Origin: Phoronis australis
Lineage: Eukaryota > Animalia > Phoronida
DNA: 64,000 nucleotides
Direction of reading: 5' to 3'
Assembly: GCA_002633005.1 (NCBI GenBank)
Contig: NMRA01000049.1
Span: 1,098,011-1,162,010, forward strand
In this document: in pieces, positions 39,161 to 52,366 of the stretch
Layout of the letters: every line of letters starts with the position of its first letter
Numbering within the stretch: the first letter of the stretch is position 1
Translations under genes and position numbers: made by a program
The notes under the pieces: model-generated
What the model was told of the DNA's origin: nothing
The model's input: the letters and a program-made list of their open reading frames with translations, nothing else
Database searches by the model: none

Positions 39161-41730
39161 GGTAATACATTGAGGCAATCGCTATCGGTTTTGAATTGAC
39201 TGAAACGACGTTGTTCTAATGGTGCGATTTTCAAGTATGTGGTGCGAGAACATTATCTGAAACGTCGGAGAGTGATAAAATGTTCCAGATAAAATGCGTG
39301 TTTATCGGGGATTTCCAGTTAAGCCCCCAACAGAAGAAAGCGGCCCCGAGCGCTTTTTCGTAATTGGAAGAAAAAGTGCCATAGTTGCGTTTTCGGGAAC
39401 AAAAAGCGATTGGCAATGTTGAGAAAAGTTCGGTATCGTTTATTGTTGTCAACAATTGTAGATAAGTAGAAACATGAAAAGCTATAATCTAAATGTTCTT
39501 CCTAGCCCAGTTCACGTACGCGATTCGCGAAACTCTGTGTACAGACTGTTCCGATTTCTGTGTGGACGTCTCCCGGGCAGGGAACAATAGCACGGACGCT
39601 GGCTCGTATTGATTTTGTCTGGTTACCGGTACTTAAATAATGCTGCTTATAGAAGACAATTCATTGGTTTTGTTCACCGTAATCATTGTTTTTTTGCTGT
39701 ATCATGCCTTCACATATATATTTGTCATTTATGAAATCAGTTTCATTTGGAAAAGGAAATGAAAATAATTTGTTCGTTGTTGACTCTAGATATCTAAACA
39801 GGCAGCGTTCTAGTTTTGTTAGGCATTTCATTTGCATACTCAAATTGTTTGTCGTGAAGTGATTAAATTTCACTGTTAATATTGAAATGACCGCGGGAGT
39901 TCCCAGAAGTCAGCGAGTTCTTAATCAATATCTATTGATTTCAACAGACAGCAACTATTGTGGATTTTACTGCCAAGTTCTAAATTCGATTCTGCTGTCA
40001 CTTGTCACAACAGACATTTCCTATTCATTGTTTGTGTGAGACCTTCATTTAATTAGAACTTGAATCAATTAACTATATCGTGCAAGAAAGATAATGCAAC
40101 TATTTATGAATCATCATTTGTCTGTCCGTGTGTCCGTGTCTGGCCATGGAGCTTCTGGACGGAACTGTCGAGCCATGGCTTATCGGATTGCATGAGAGCA
40201 AACGTGATCCACAAACGGAACTTTGTAGCTAGCATAAATTGTACCGTAGTTCGTATGCACTTTTAACAGCTTTTGACGATACGGTGGTTTTGGCTACGAC
40301 TGAGCTGACGTATAACGTTTGGAAAAAGTTAGTGGCTCCAAGTCTTCGAACGAAGCGTGATAGTAGGGCCTACGTGTACCAGAATCAATTGCACTTTTCA
40401 AAATACTTTATTTCCCCGAAAAAGCACCAATATAAAGCAATCGTTGAGTATGACAGTTTGCTGGGAATAGGTCTTGCTTTTAGAAGTAAAACTCGTATAA
40501 GTCGGACATGCATAAGACGTCTGTTGTCATGTAGGACCTTAGAAAATTTCCTGAACATCGCATCTTTCAAAATGTTTCACTTTGCATGAGGAGCTATGAA
40601 AAAATGGAAATTAAAGATATTCATGAGAATCTCAAAAGTTCAATAACACGAAATGATAATTTAGAAAGCTGTAACAGGGTTGTTGAGTCTTTATTTTGAA
40701 CACTTACATGTCTATCAAAAGACATTTGGTTTTGTTATTAACCATGTACCATTCTTGTTACTAAGTTTTACCAAAATGCTTGGTTGCGTGACCAAATTAA
40801 TGGCCTATTGGTAAAAACATGAAGAAATAAATTCGAAAGCTTTCCACTTTTTAACAATTTATACTCTTACTAATTTAAACGCTATAATTTTACGGATACT
40901 TAGCTAAATACACGGATTTTTCGAAAAAGTCCCACATAACCTGAAAAGGCCGAAAATGCATTTTGGGTGTTGCTTTTGGGTGCATTTGCCGTAAAGTTAT
41001 CAGATTTGAACAGAGCTATGAATCAGCAGAATCTGTTATAGTTGTGAATCGTCGATTCCTAGCAAAGGCTTCCAGTCAGAGTTAACTGTAAGCGAGGTGG
41101 CGACCTGGGCTGCGTTCCGTATCTCGCGAATGAGGTTTGTGTGATTTGCTTGGTGTTATATCTCAAAGTGTTACTGGATCTTGCGATTTCGTGAGTCACA
41201 TCTACGGAACACACGCCTGAATATCTATTTCGCTACTCAGTTGGCGCCGTGAACATGGCCGACGCGGCGGTGTGCAGCGATGGTCAATGCCAGCGTGAAA
41301 AAAATAAGGGAATGAGATAAATTTATGAGACTTGAAGTCACGTGGTTTTAGACGAGCACATTGGTCCGCCATCTTGGTAGGGGATGAAAGTGAATCGACC
41401 TGCCTGTGTACTAGCTGTGTAGTATTTAACTGCAAAAACAGTTGGACGAAAGAACCAAAGCGACAGAGGTAATTATGTCACGTAGTATGTCACTTTTAGT
41501 GTTCGATGTGTGCCACTGTGATTGAATATTGACAAAATTGGTTTATATGGCAGATGATTCCGAATTGACCTATCGCCAGGATTATGACGGACGGCTTAAT
41601 TGACCAATCAGAACGCAGCATTCTTGGCACACCTTCGTCTGCGTTTCCAAGCCGCCATTTTACCCGACAAACCACACGCAGTCGAGTAAACCTTACTTTA
41701 GACTATAGCTCAAGAAATTGTCCGCTAAGA

Positions 41731-41890
41731 ATGGGGAAACGGTGTTGATATGGCGTATGTAGCACCGACAGCCGTTATTCTGCTCCAGAACAATATCCCG
41801 TCATTTTTTGGCATGTCCTAAGCCGAAAAATGATGTTGAAAAGCGTAAACTATGGATCAAAATGTACGGCCACACGAGCAGCTGAACTTA
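41731..41890 (+). pseudogene. Transposon-type THAP domain relic
   Basis: MGKRC*YGVCSTDSRY...VIF / PKPKNDVEKRKLWIKMYG / HEQLN, with a stop and frameshifts. Confidence 0.7.
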
Positions 41891-42622
41891 GCGATTTTGC
41901 TTGATAACTCGAAGGCTATTACAAACACAAATATATTACTTCCAAGATACGCATTTTTCAGCTTGGTGGCTATGGTGCAGGGCTATCTCAGATTTTGACT
42001 CCCGAGTTGAGTACGTCTGGCCGCCTTTGTCTCGGCACCTGCTGGATCTCAGCACTCAGATAGCGGTAGTCCCCAGAAATTGTTGTTTTCAAAGACATTT
42101 TATTTTATGTTTTTTTTTATTTATTTCAACGTAATGGACATTACTTTGTTTCGTGTCAGAGGTACATTTTTGTTATTCATAAACCGTAAGCTGGCGTTCA
42201 ATTGAACTTCTCTCCCGGTCAAAATTTCAGAGATTCGATCGGCACAGGGAAGGGCACTGGATTACTGCCGGAACTCAAAGCCTTGGTTGAGCTGTTGTCA
42301 CTAAAAATAAACCGTTGAATTACTTTTTGACGTGTACCACTAGTACACATTATGTCTGTAGAGTTAGAGAGAGAGTTGTTCAAACATGATATTTAGATTT
42401 ATGAAGCTTTAAAAAAGAATTTGAGTTATTTTTGTAAATACCCTATTTTTGCAACTACCACACCAGACTTGTAATCTTTTGTAACCATACCACGACTTAG
42501 TGATCATGCTACCTTCAAAGTTAAATGAAAGCTACCTTTATGGAATGAAACTGCAAAAACATGCCAAGTTCATAAGAAGGTAGGCCTAATTTAAATGTCT
42601 TTATGGTGCAAACGGACAATTC

Positions 42623-42751
42623 CATAGGCGGATTTAGGGGGGGGGGNGCCCCTGCAACTTTCGGGCCGCCTGTGCACATACACTTGCACTTTGCCCAATT
42701 CCACTAGGCAACATATGTTGGCCCCCCTGTGGTATCCTAGATCCGCCACTG
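42623..42751. mobile_element. hAT-type MITE with 5-bp TSD
   Basis: cataggcggattt...gatccgccactg; TSD aattc at 42618-42622 and 42752-42756. Confidence 0.85.
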
Positions 42752-43439
42752 AATTCCAGACATTAATTTTACTTAGACACAGCCCTAGACCTACCGGAGC
42801 TAACAGTTTGGCCAGGACGAGATGAGTATGCACCTGAGCTATGAACCTGAATTTTTTTATCAAAATATTTCCTTACAAGATTAGAAAAGCGTAAACAGTG
42901 CTATCGAGTCGACCTAGTCAGACACTATAGTGCATGTGTTGTCTGTAATCTATGACCTATTTTGCTCCAGGAGTCCCACTAGTTGTGACCTACTTTTCAT
43001 TTGGCGAAATTTAGCAGACGACAGAATAAAAATATCGGTGTATCTTCACTGATTTTATTCGAAAGATCATAAAATCTATGGAATCGTGCAGATAATTCGA
43101 CTTTAAGGTACATACCCATCTTTACATGAACATATCGTATCAGTGGCCTTGTCATTTGTCAGGTGAAGGTGGCCCCAAGGCCGAGGGGTTCTTCGGATTT
43201 TCGCTGGCTCCTCGAGCACTTATTTTTTCATCGTCACCTTTACAAATTCCCATATCATGAACGTACGATTCACTGTTGAAAGGTATCGCCTCTTGTCTCT
43301 GTCGACGCGTTTTCAAATAGTACAAAAACACTAATTGATTCCACCAGGAACGTCGTTTAGCGACAGTATTGTTGTTTTATTTACCTATGAATATGCCACA
43401 GGAACGTTATCTTGACTAAACGAAAGTGGTAGTCACATT

Positions 43440-44075
43440 GATAATTGGGCAAGCTTATGCTGCAATTTATTGTCAATGTACAGTTTCTATGATGTTTGGG
43501 TAAACCAAGGAGCCGCATGTCAAGAGTCGTTTGAAAATATTTTGTCACAACGTGTTAAGGACTGTGCTTTACAAACGTGGCAGTCCGAAGTTGATGATTC
43601 CAATTCTAAGTTAAACTATTACAAAAATTTTAAGATTGTATTTCAACATGAATACTATTTAGAAATTGACAATCTTCCAATAGTGTTCGTGCAAAGTTTT
43701 ACTCGTTTTCGATGTGCAAACCACAGACTGGCCGTAGAAACTGATCGTCACGTAAGAGTGATATATCAAGACACAGTGTGTACATTATGCTCGAGGAATT
43801 GTGTCGAGGATGAATATCACTTTTTGTTAGTTTGTGACGTTTTTTTTTCCGAAATCATAGCTAAGTTTCTAAGTGAGAGCTTCTGGACAAGTCCCTCTTT
43901 TCATAGACTGTCATGACGGTAATCCAGATACCTTAGTTGTGAAATATGTACGCATCTAAAAAACGGAACAGCTTGTGTATTGCTGACTAGTGTGCATAGC
44001 ATTCCAATGATTTTGTTTGTTTGTTTGTTGTACTTTGGGCGGTTAGCCATGCGTACAAATAAGTAAAGGAAAGAA
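43440..44075 (+). mobile_element. 5'-truncated non-LTR retrotransposon 3' end (RTE-X-like ORF2 C-terminus)
   Basis: SKLNYYKNFK..EYYL..TRFRCANHRLAVETDRH..CTLC..VEDEYHFLLVC zinc-knuckle tail, followed by a short 3' UTR. Confidence 0.85.
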
Positions 44076-44122
44076 ACTGTGTACCCGGAACTGATAAACT
44101 ATGCCACATTAGAGCACGATTT

Positions 44123-44269
44123 GCGTTCAGTAACGCCGGGACCTACGCTAGAACCTAGCTAAAATCTAGCCAAAGTGACGTGTTCTCATTAAAAATACAC
44201 GACCATATCTCACGTAATCTCACGAAGTCTTGCTTTTTAGCGAGGTCCTAGCGTTACTGAACGGGAGGC
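44123..44269 (-). mobile_element. Second copy of the 2162-2313 MITE
   Basis: Reverse complement begins gcctcccgttcagtaacgctaggacctcgctaaaaagcaagacttcg. Confidence 0.9.
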
Positions 44270-45513
44270 AGGTTTTATTTATCCTTTGGAAATTGCTACC
44301 AGGGCACTTGTTTGCACATATACCGAATAGTGGAAAATAGTGACTCATATTCTGTTTTCGTCTTGCAACTTTTACTAAACCAACATGATATTAACGGCCA
44401 TGTTACTCCACCTGTTTGTGAAATATAAATTGTTTTCACCACTAGATTAAGGGATCAAAACTAACTTAACATATCCAGTGAAAATTGACTGAAAGGGGAC
44501 AAAGCCGAATTTTAAAACAAATGGAAATTGATTTAAAAGGTGAATATTGACCAAAGAATCAGAAATAGACACCATGAACAAAATGGACATGATTGATCAA
44601 AATGGCCATAATGAGCCAAAACAGACATGATGAGCCAGAACAAACGTTGCTGAAATCAAGTTACCAACCAGATTTCAGTCTGCCAAAGATAACCCTTTCT
44701 TTGTCCAGTGTTTGCAAGATAAGTTCTCTGCTGAAGTTAATCGTACAGTGGCAGATCCAGACAATACTGGCTAACCACTTAGCTCTTGAATTTTTAATTA
44801 AAAGTCAGAAAGGTGTGAGTTGATCTTCCAGGCTTTATGATTTTTACCCGTTTGCAGTTCCTGTGCTTGTCGCTAGGCGACGTGTCGTGAAGTGGCTGAG
44901 GAAGTAATGCGTGTCTGGAGACTGAAGCTACTCGGGGATGGTAGGCACTGGGCATCAAACATCGAAAGAGAATGACAGAGGATGAAACCCCAGTAAAGAC
45001 TACCAATGATGCGGTATTATTTTTAACTCGTCAAATACAAACGTTAGTAATGAGGGTTAAAAAATATTTAATTAGTTTCACTTACCACTGTGATTAACAA
45101 ATATAGCGCTCATCCATTCCAGTGGGACTAATTGTTACTCTATTCACAGAAAGTTAATACCAGCATTTTTGATTTCGAATATATTACAAATCTATACACG
45201 GAGCAAAAAAAACTAAAAATGTTGAGGAGCTTTTGGTTATTCCTGCCCCTTTTCATATTGGTACAAACCAGTTTCTATTGACTACCCTTTGCATGTACCC
45301 TGTACCCCGTACATGTATACAAATTGCTATTCATTTCAGATGACATCTAAAAATATCTACCTAGTGGTAGACTATATTGCTAACCGTAAGCATGCCATCT
45401 ATCTTTAGTAGACACGCCATTACGGTTATTACTAAATTCAAAGCATGCTTAGTGTATTTTAACTCTCTTTGGCAATAAACTTTCGGAAATCTGTAAAAAG
45501 ACGTGTAGGCTTA

Positions 45514-45743
45514 TCACATCTCATCCAGGTCTATGTCTAGACCGATTGTGTTGATTTTGTCTTGGCATGATCCTCCTTCCGTTGAGCAATAGCTTTTGCG
45601 GGTCTTGCAACATTTCTCCTTCAAGTTAGGATGACTGCACTGTTCAGAAAGTTCGCCTAGTGTGAAGATGTTGGCACATGTGGGAGTGGTGAACAAGGCT
45701 TCTGGGTGAAAGAAGCTTGCTCCTCTTACGTCAGCACTGCAGG
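45514..45743 (-). CDS. Secreted Cys-module precursor, exon 8 (module 3: CSADVRG...TCANIF...QCSHPNLKEKCCKTRKSYC, then tail)
   Basis: Acceptor acatttcag|, phase 1, open to TGA TAA. Confidence 0.8.
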
Positions 45744-46651
45744 CTGAAATGTTAAGCAGATAGCAACCATGATAATACTATAGTATGTACAAACACTAAT
45801 GCAGTTCTACTAGTATGCTACTAATAATACGTGCCATAATGACAATGATGAATATTTTGCTGCACTACCATTGGAAAATGTCTCCGCTATCTTTCTGAAC
45901 ACCTGGTTCTGTAGAGGCGAGGGGAAATTGCTCCTCCGTCTACTGGCAAACCAGACGTCGTAACTTGGATTTTGAACTCAGATTGTGAATTCCAGTTTCG
46001 AGATTAAGTTGAGTTTTATGAAGACAACACTGACATTACAGTCAAAAAGCAAACAACTTTTAAAAATACTTGTACTGAAAAGTCATAACCACAACCAGGA
46101 CAGCTTAACACAACAAAACAATATTCAATATATATATTGAAAATTCTATTTTTACACCTGGAATTAATGAATAGGTGTTAATTTACTTTAGGACAGTAAT
46201 TCTAAATTAGTACTAAACTGCAAGGGATAGTGCTAGGGCTTATCAATTTTCAGAAGTGTGAATATTTTAAACCCCGCAATCTCAAAAATGGTCACGAACT
46301 TTGGATGCCAAGGCATATCGGCAGAAACAGGACAGGAAGAAAAAAAGCATGTCTGTGTATTATCACGTTACAGTCTCTCTTTTCTTCCCAAACAGTCATT
46401 TTCCTGTAAACTAAAAATTCCGGGCTACCAGATCATGGAAACTAATAATACGATTAAGTAGATCCAGGGAGATCCATGTTAACTTGTGAATAAACACAGC
46501 TTGAAAATCATATTTGCTTTTGATTTATATTCGGTACCCTTTTTAATAAGAGCACGCCCTCCTTTATGCAATATTGTCAATGACTAGAAATCTCAGAACT
46601 TTTGCAATCAAAAGGACGAAGTTTGGATGGAATTACTAGTGCATTACTTAC

Positions 46652-46786
46652 GACAATATTGTGTGCGCGAGACACAGCAGTGGTATATTACTTGGTAGTT
46701 GTTGCAGTACCGTGTTGATTCCGACAACAGTTGGTCGCACGTTTTACCCCCAAGAAACTGGATTCCTGGAGTGTTCCTCAGGCAGG
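46652..46786 (-). CDS. Secreted Cys-module precursor, exon 7 (module 2: CLRNTPGIQFLGGKTCDQLLSESTRYCNNYQVIYHCCVSRTQYC)
   Basis: Acceptor gtatttcag|, donor C|GTAAGT, symmetric phase 1-1, 135 nt, one complete six-Cys module. Confidence 0.88.
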
Positions 46787-47185
46787 CTGAAATACATGAG
46801 CAGTAGCCGTCTTGTACATGTCAGGGCTTATTCGCGTTGAAATTTGGAAAATCTGGCGTGCGTTCCGTAGACGCGAGAATCTCGCGAAAACGCGACAACA
46901 CTCAAGAATTCGCAAGATATGGTCGTGTACTACAAGCAAAGCTCGTGATGTCGTTAGATTCCTTAGATATTCTACACTGGCGGAGCTACAGTAAGGAGAC
47001 TACAGAGAAATGACAATGGGGCATTGACTTCTGCGATTCATCACATTTACAATTTTTTAAGCTATGGATAGATTTACAATTAATCATATAATTAGAGTGT
47101 TACTCAGAGATATTGTTTGTGCTTTATTTTAAATAAAAAATTCATAAAATGGATCTTAATACAAGTTAGTTCAGTCGAATCTTAA

Positions 47186-48791
47186 AGGAAAATGCCACCC
47201 AAAAAACAGCCTATTTTGTATCAATTTAGATCGAGTAGTTCCACTCGATAACAGCAAGTTCGACGGCAGGTGGAGGTGTTGAAATTAACCAATGACGTAA
47301 TCAGCCGTTCACAACACGCTTACTGGTGTCAACTTATCGCTTTATACATCATTTACACCAATAAATAATCAAATTTCGATGCAAAACCCTTTCAAATACA
47401 TCGAGTTCTTAAACAAAAGTACTTGTTGCTTTATTTCACTGTTACCGATTTATAGGTATTTGAACGCACTGAAGCCTACAGAGTTCGATCAAAGAGTGTA
47501 GATTCCTAGGTTCGGAAAGTGAAGCCAATTTATCATGGTCAATCCCAGGAGTTTGTGTCTGTTTGATGATGAATTCGAATCATTCTTCCGTAAAATACAG
47601 ACATGGAAGATAGCTGTGTGTTGTACTTTTAGACTTGCGATTTTTTCAGTTCTAAACACACAAAACGCTCCCAGCCAGTGCCTCGGAACCCGATCAGGCC
47701 CGTCGCGGCCGCCGGGAGTACACATCACAAACATAAACCAGCTTAAGTTGGAAACTAAACCTCCAGTCACGAAAAGACTATACTAGTGAGCCAAAGAAAT
47801 ATTGTGCACGTAATTATTTTGTTGAATTATCCACGAAACTGCAGCTCTACTTACTTGTCGGATGCCGCGAAGTCAACTGAAGTCGCCCTTTCACCGAACC
47901 GTCAGGGCAAAAGTTGTACAGTAACAATGATGTGAATAATGTATTTGTGTATCTAAATAAAGATTCCTCTAACATGTGACCATAGCATATAAAATCGAGT
48001 TATTGTTTCACAACAGCTTTCTGTCAGCAAACCCTGAATTAGCATGCTCTCACACGGATTCGGCGCCCGGTCAATTACCTTTATTGCATTTGAAGCCGGT
48101 AACGCAGTGGTTTATTCATTGCTGGCTTCTCAAAGCACTTGCACTCACGAATACTCCAAAGGCATTACAAATTGTATCTAATCAGACAGACTGTTTTGGC
48201 TTTATATAAGCATTGGTTAGGGTGAGAATAATTCATTTTGAAACAGAACGCAGAATAGCAAACGCCAACATGCAAGTCGCAATCCCGACTTAGACAAGAG
48301 CTCATCCGACAAAGACTTCGCAGGTGGATCGTTAAGTTTCACAGGCTATCAGTTCGAGGCGCCGTGAACATGCACAAGCAACGGAACGTATGGATACTTT
48401 GAAGTCGCACTTCGTCAAACTCACTGTCGACGACTGCCGGCCACAGACACGGAGATGTTTCACGGCCTCATACTTGCTATTAACAGCGTACTTTTCATTC
48501 TTCACTACCGCAAGCCACTTCCTAAGCATTTGGACTCTCGAGGAAGTCGAAAAAACGATACACCCGCTTTCCTCGCAACTTCATAATTCGGACAAGCGGG
48601 AACGATGAACCGCAACATAGCGGCATTCACTCTGTAAATGAACCACTGACGTCGCTGCGTCCTTTCTCACCTTCCTCACAGGTTTACGCGACACCTCTCG
48701 AGCGGCAAGGTAAGGTAGACCGTATACGAGGCGATGTGGATATAGTCCGATTAAGACGGTAAAAAATACTAATTTAATCGGGTGGCATTCT
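47186..48791 (-). mobile_element. Kolobok-type element with THAP relic, monomer 1 of tandem dimer
   Basis: TTAA + aggaaaatgccaccc left end, gggtggcattct right end; minus strand from 48626 gives IVPACPN..GVSFFRLP / LRKWL..LRVCG. Confidence 0.85.
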
Positions 48792-48792
48792 A

Positions 48793-50471
48793 AGGAACAT
48801 GCCACCCAAAAAACAACCTAATTTGTATCAATTTAGATCGAGTAGTTCTACTCCATAACAACACGTACGGTTGCGTTACCTGACACCTGACGGCAGACGG
48901 AGGTGATGAAATTATCCAATGACGTCATCGGTTTCACACGCAGTCTGTTGAGCAGTTCACAACACTGATTACTGGTGCCTGCATATCACTTGAAATCATC
49001 GTTTAACACCAATAAATCATCAAACTGCGATGTAAAACCCTTAAAAATACACCGAGTTCTTATAAAAACGTGTTGATTTATTTCGCTCTTACGGATTTAT
49101 TGGTATTTGGACACACCGTAGCCTACAAAGTTCGGCAGGCCAATAAGGTCCGTAGAAGGAGTTTGGGGTCTGTTCGGAGATAATTTCGCGAAGTATTTTC
49201 CGTGAGATACACACAGGAGAACCTAGATCTGCGTTGTTTAGACTTGTGATTTTTTGAGTTCTAAACACAAAACGCTGGTTATCCTGGCCAGTGGCTCGGA
49301 GCCCGATCAGGCCCGTCGCGGCCGGCCGGATTGACTCCGAGTGGTTATCCCGGCCAGTGGCTCGGAAACTGATCAGACGTCACGAACATAAACCAGCCAA
49401 GTTCTGTGGAAACTAAAGTTCCAGTCAAGATAATACTATACTAGTGAGCCAAAGTAATGTGCACGTGATTATGTTGGTGAATTAGCCACAAATCTACTTA
49501 CTGGTCTGGGGCAACGAATTCAGGTTCCGCTTTGGCCACAGCACCGTCAGGGCACATGCTGTACTTTGACAATCATTATTTGAGTAATGTAAATGTAAAT
49601 AAAGATTCCCCTAACACCTGGCCGTAGAATGAAAATCGAGTTGTTTCACAACAGTTTCTGCCAGCAAACACTAAATTAGGATGAGCTCACACGGCCTCGG
49701 TGTCCCATCAATTAGTTTATTATACCTAAAGCCGGTAACGCCGTGATTTATTCATTGCTGGCTTCTCAAACCATTTGCACTCACGAACACTCCAAAGGCA
49801 TTACAAATTGCATCTAATGATACTTTGTTTCAGTTTTACATAAGTATTGGTTAGGGTAAGAATAATTCATTTTGAAACAGAACGCTCAGTAATAAACGCC
49901 AACATGGCAACTCGCAATCCCGACTTAGGACGAGCTAGAGTTCATCAGTCCCGACTTCGCAGGTGGATCGTTAAGTTTTACAGGCTATCAATTCGAACAG
50001 GAATACAGTGATGAAGAAATACTAGAGAGGCGCCGTGAACAAGCTCAGGCAACGGAACGTATGGATTTCATTTTGGTAACCCGGCATTCGTCAGGCGCTG
50101 TGGACGTCTGCAGGCCACAGACAGTACGGAGATGTTTCACGGCCTCATATTTGCTATTTACATCGTACATTTCATTCTTCACTACCATGAGCCACTTCCT
50201 AAGCATTTCGGACTCTCAAGGAAGTTAAAAAAACGATATACCCGTTTTCCTCGCAGCTGCTTAGTTCGGACAAGCGGGAACGATGCACTGCAACATAGCG
50301 GCATTCACCGCTCTGCATATGAACCACTTACGTCGCTAGCGTCATTTCTCACCTTCCTCACAGGTTAACGCGACACCTCTTGGCAAGGTAAGGTCAACCG
50401 TATGCGAGGCGAAGTGTATATAGACCGATTAAGACGGCAAAAAAACTAATTAAATCGGTTGGCATTCTCCT
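48793..50471 (-). mobile_element. Kolobok-type element with THAP relic, monomer 2 of tandem dimer
   Basis: aggaacatgccaccc...ggttggcattctcct + TTAA (50472-50475); colinear diverged copy of monomer 1. Confidence 0.85.
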
Positions 50472-51173
50472 TTAAGCTCAGAGAACTGATAACATCTGTA
50501 GCCTTCATGTCGGCGAATGTCTTGCAGACATCTACGAGAAATCATTATGGCGATTTGTAGCAAGATCACAAAAACAGCGGATTTGATTATTTTCATAGCT
50601 TTGGTGAAAGTTGATTTCTTCCCAAAAATAATCCCCAAAAGTGAGTTTCTCAACCTAAATCAGAATGTCTCTTTGATTGTTAGATCAAAGTTTTACATGG
50701 AGCGTGGCTTAGTGCGCATGACATTTACAGAAAGGAAAGTTTAAGTATGCACGTATTATGAAAACGCAGGCGCTCATCAAGAAAATTTGATTTCTTTGTC
50801 TGACTAAAGGAAATTTCTTGTGAAATTGTTTGGACTGTTGATAACAATCACAACACAATTTGTGCAGTTGGTGGAGATTAAAGGAAACCTGAACTTCGCG
50901 GGGTTCCAGTCTCTCGAACCAGCCCTGACATCGAGGCTGATATCAGAAAATCATTTTTCTCGCCGATTATGCCCCATTGAGAGATCAACATTCAATGAAC
51001 AAGCACCTGTTTACACAATGTCATCATAATTTAGTTGAAATTTAACTTAAATTAATAAAACCCGACGATTACTCTTTTGTGGGTGTCCAAACAAAGTTAA
51101 ACTTGTCGATGTGAACTAATAAATTATAGTGAATTTGATTTCTCTGTTGAACGCATCAAATTAAACTACTCAC

Positions 51174-51247
51174 TCTCGCAGTACATTCGCCTTGTGCCGC
51201 AGCAATGCTGTTGAAGGACGGGGTGACGACAGCCTCTAGCTCCCACT
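51174..51247 (-). CDS. Secreted Cys-module precursor, exon 6 (VGARGCRHPVLQQHCCGTRRMYCE)
   Basis: Acceptor gtttgacag|, donor A|GTGAGT, phase 2-1; same C-x8-CC-x6-C spacing as exons 7 and 8. Confidence 0.85.
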
Positions 51248-51589
51248 CTGTCAAACACTTGTTTGCACGTCATACCACTCACTCGAACGTTTCGAGTGTC
51301 GGAGCAATCTAAACCGAAAACAAATGTTTTGTCTCTCTCATTTCATTTAACCTCATAGTTCGACCAGTTTTGAACTCCATGAGGTGGACACAATTTGCCG
51401 AATGATTCGAATTTTGCGTTACTTTGGAATAACCCCACATGTGCATTTAGTTAAAAAGGGTAGCATTCACCCTACTTCATGGTCAACGTGGATTTAAAAG
51501 TATTTTTGATGTATTAAAAATGATTATCTGAAGACCACTGCCCAGAAGTTTGAGGATGTCGGATACATTTATGATCCTTGTATGTGGAG

Positions 51590-51800
51590 GAGGTTTTATA
51601 AAATTCCTATTTAAGAGTAAACGATACAAAAAATGCCAGTTTCAATACAAAGTGATGCATAAGATACTTCCTACAAACGCTTGGTTATTTATAACTTCTA
51701 ATGTTGATTCTGGATCTTGTATTTTCTGTACACTTATTTTGGCTCGACATTCAGAGCCTGTTATTAGCAAACGTCCGAACACCATTTGGAAAAAGACAAT
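51590..51800 (+). mobile_element. L1/Tx1-clade LINE zinc-finger (zf-RVT) relic
   Basis: FQYKVMHKILPTNAWLF...SCIFC followed by frameshifted HLFW. Confidence 0.75.
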
Positions 51801-52118
51801 TATACTTTTTGAAACGCCGTTTAAAAAAACACTTATTTTCAAATTTTCTTCAATTTAAGATTAAAGTTTTCCATCTAACGTTTTCACACTAGGGTAGAAA
51901 TATGTTTCAACCGCAATAGAAAATAGGTCAAATCTAAGAGATAAGATGGAAACATTACAGACTAAGTACTTAACTAATGACACAAGAATTAATGTGAAGT
52001 CAATGATTCCATGACGTTGACACAATGTGGTTTAGGTTAACCTGGCGAACCAGCTTGCCCTTACGAAGCGTTCACGTATTCTGAGTAAATTATCCTCTCC
52101 AGGATGCAGTATAATAAC

Positions 52119-52176
52119 CTCACGAAAATGTTCCACGAGTATGCTACATTATTCTTTTGAGGGTGCTGGCGAAAAT
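52119..52176 (-). CDS. Secreted Cys-module precursor, exon 5 (FRQHPQKNNVAYSWNIFV)
   Basis: Acceptor gtttgacag|, donor AG|GTTATT, phase 1-2 bridges exons 4 and 6; F..HP...NIF aligns with module 3. Confidence 0.65.
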
Positions 52177-52265
52177 CTGTCAAACTATTCCGCAAAATCG
52201 AGCGTTGATTGGGTTAAAGTGTTCACAAGGACCTGGCCCAGGATAAAAGGTGCTGGGTAGCTTAC

Positions 52266-52307
52266 TTTCTGGTTGGCCTTTCAAATCGTTATTTCGGCAC
52301 ACAGCGG
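52266..52307 (-). CDS. Secreted Cys-module precursor, exon 4 (AVCRNNDLKGQPE)
   Basis: Acceptor tttcaag| (59-nt intron), donor A|GTAAGC, phase 1-1; C...DLKG aligns with C..DVRG of module 3. Confidence 0.65.
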
Positions 52308-52366
52308 CTTGAAATTACGTCGTGATCCCCCTCTCCTTCGAAAAACCGGTTATCCAAAGTTCTTAC

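Noticed and set aside
45514-45516. Selenocysteine recoding of the TGA
   Set aside because: Immediately followed by TAA, and no SECIS recognisable by eye.
50889-50936. 48-nt phase 1-1 linker exon for the precursor gene (SMSGLVRETGTPRSS)
   Set aside because: Weak donor, and the adjacent sequence matches a dispersed repeat also seen near 30870-30940; the model is in frame without it.
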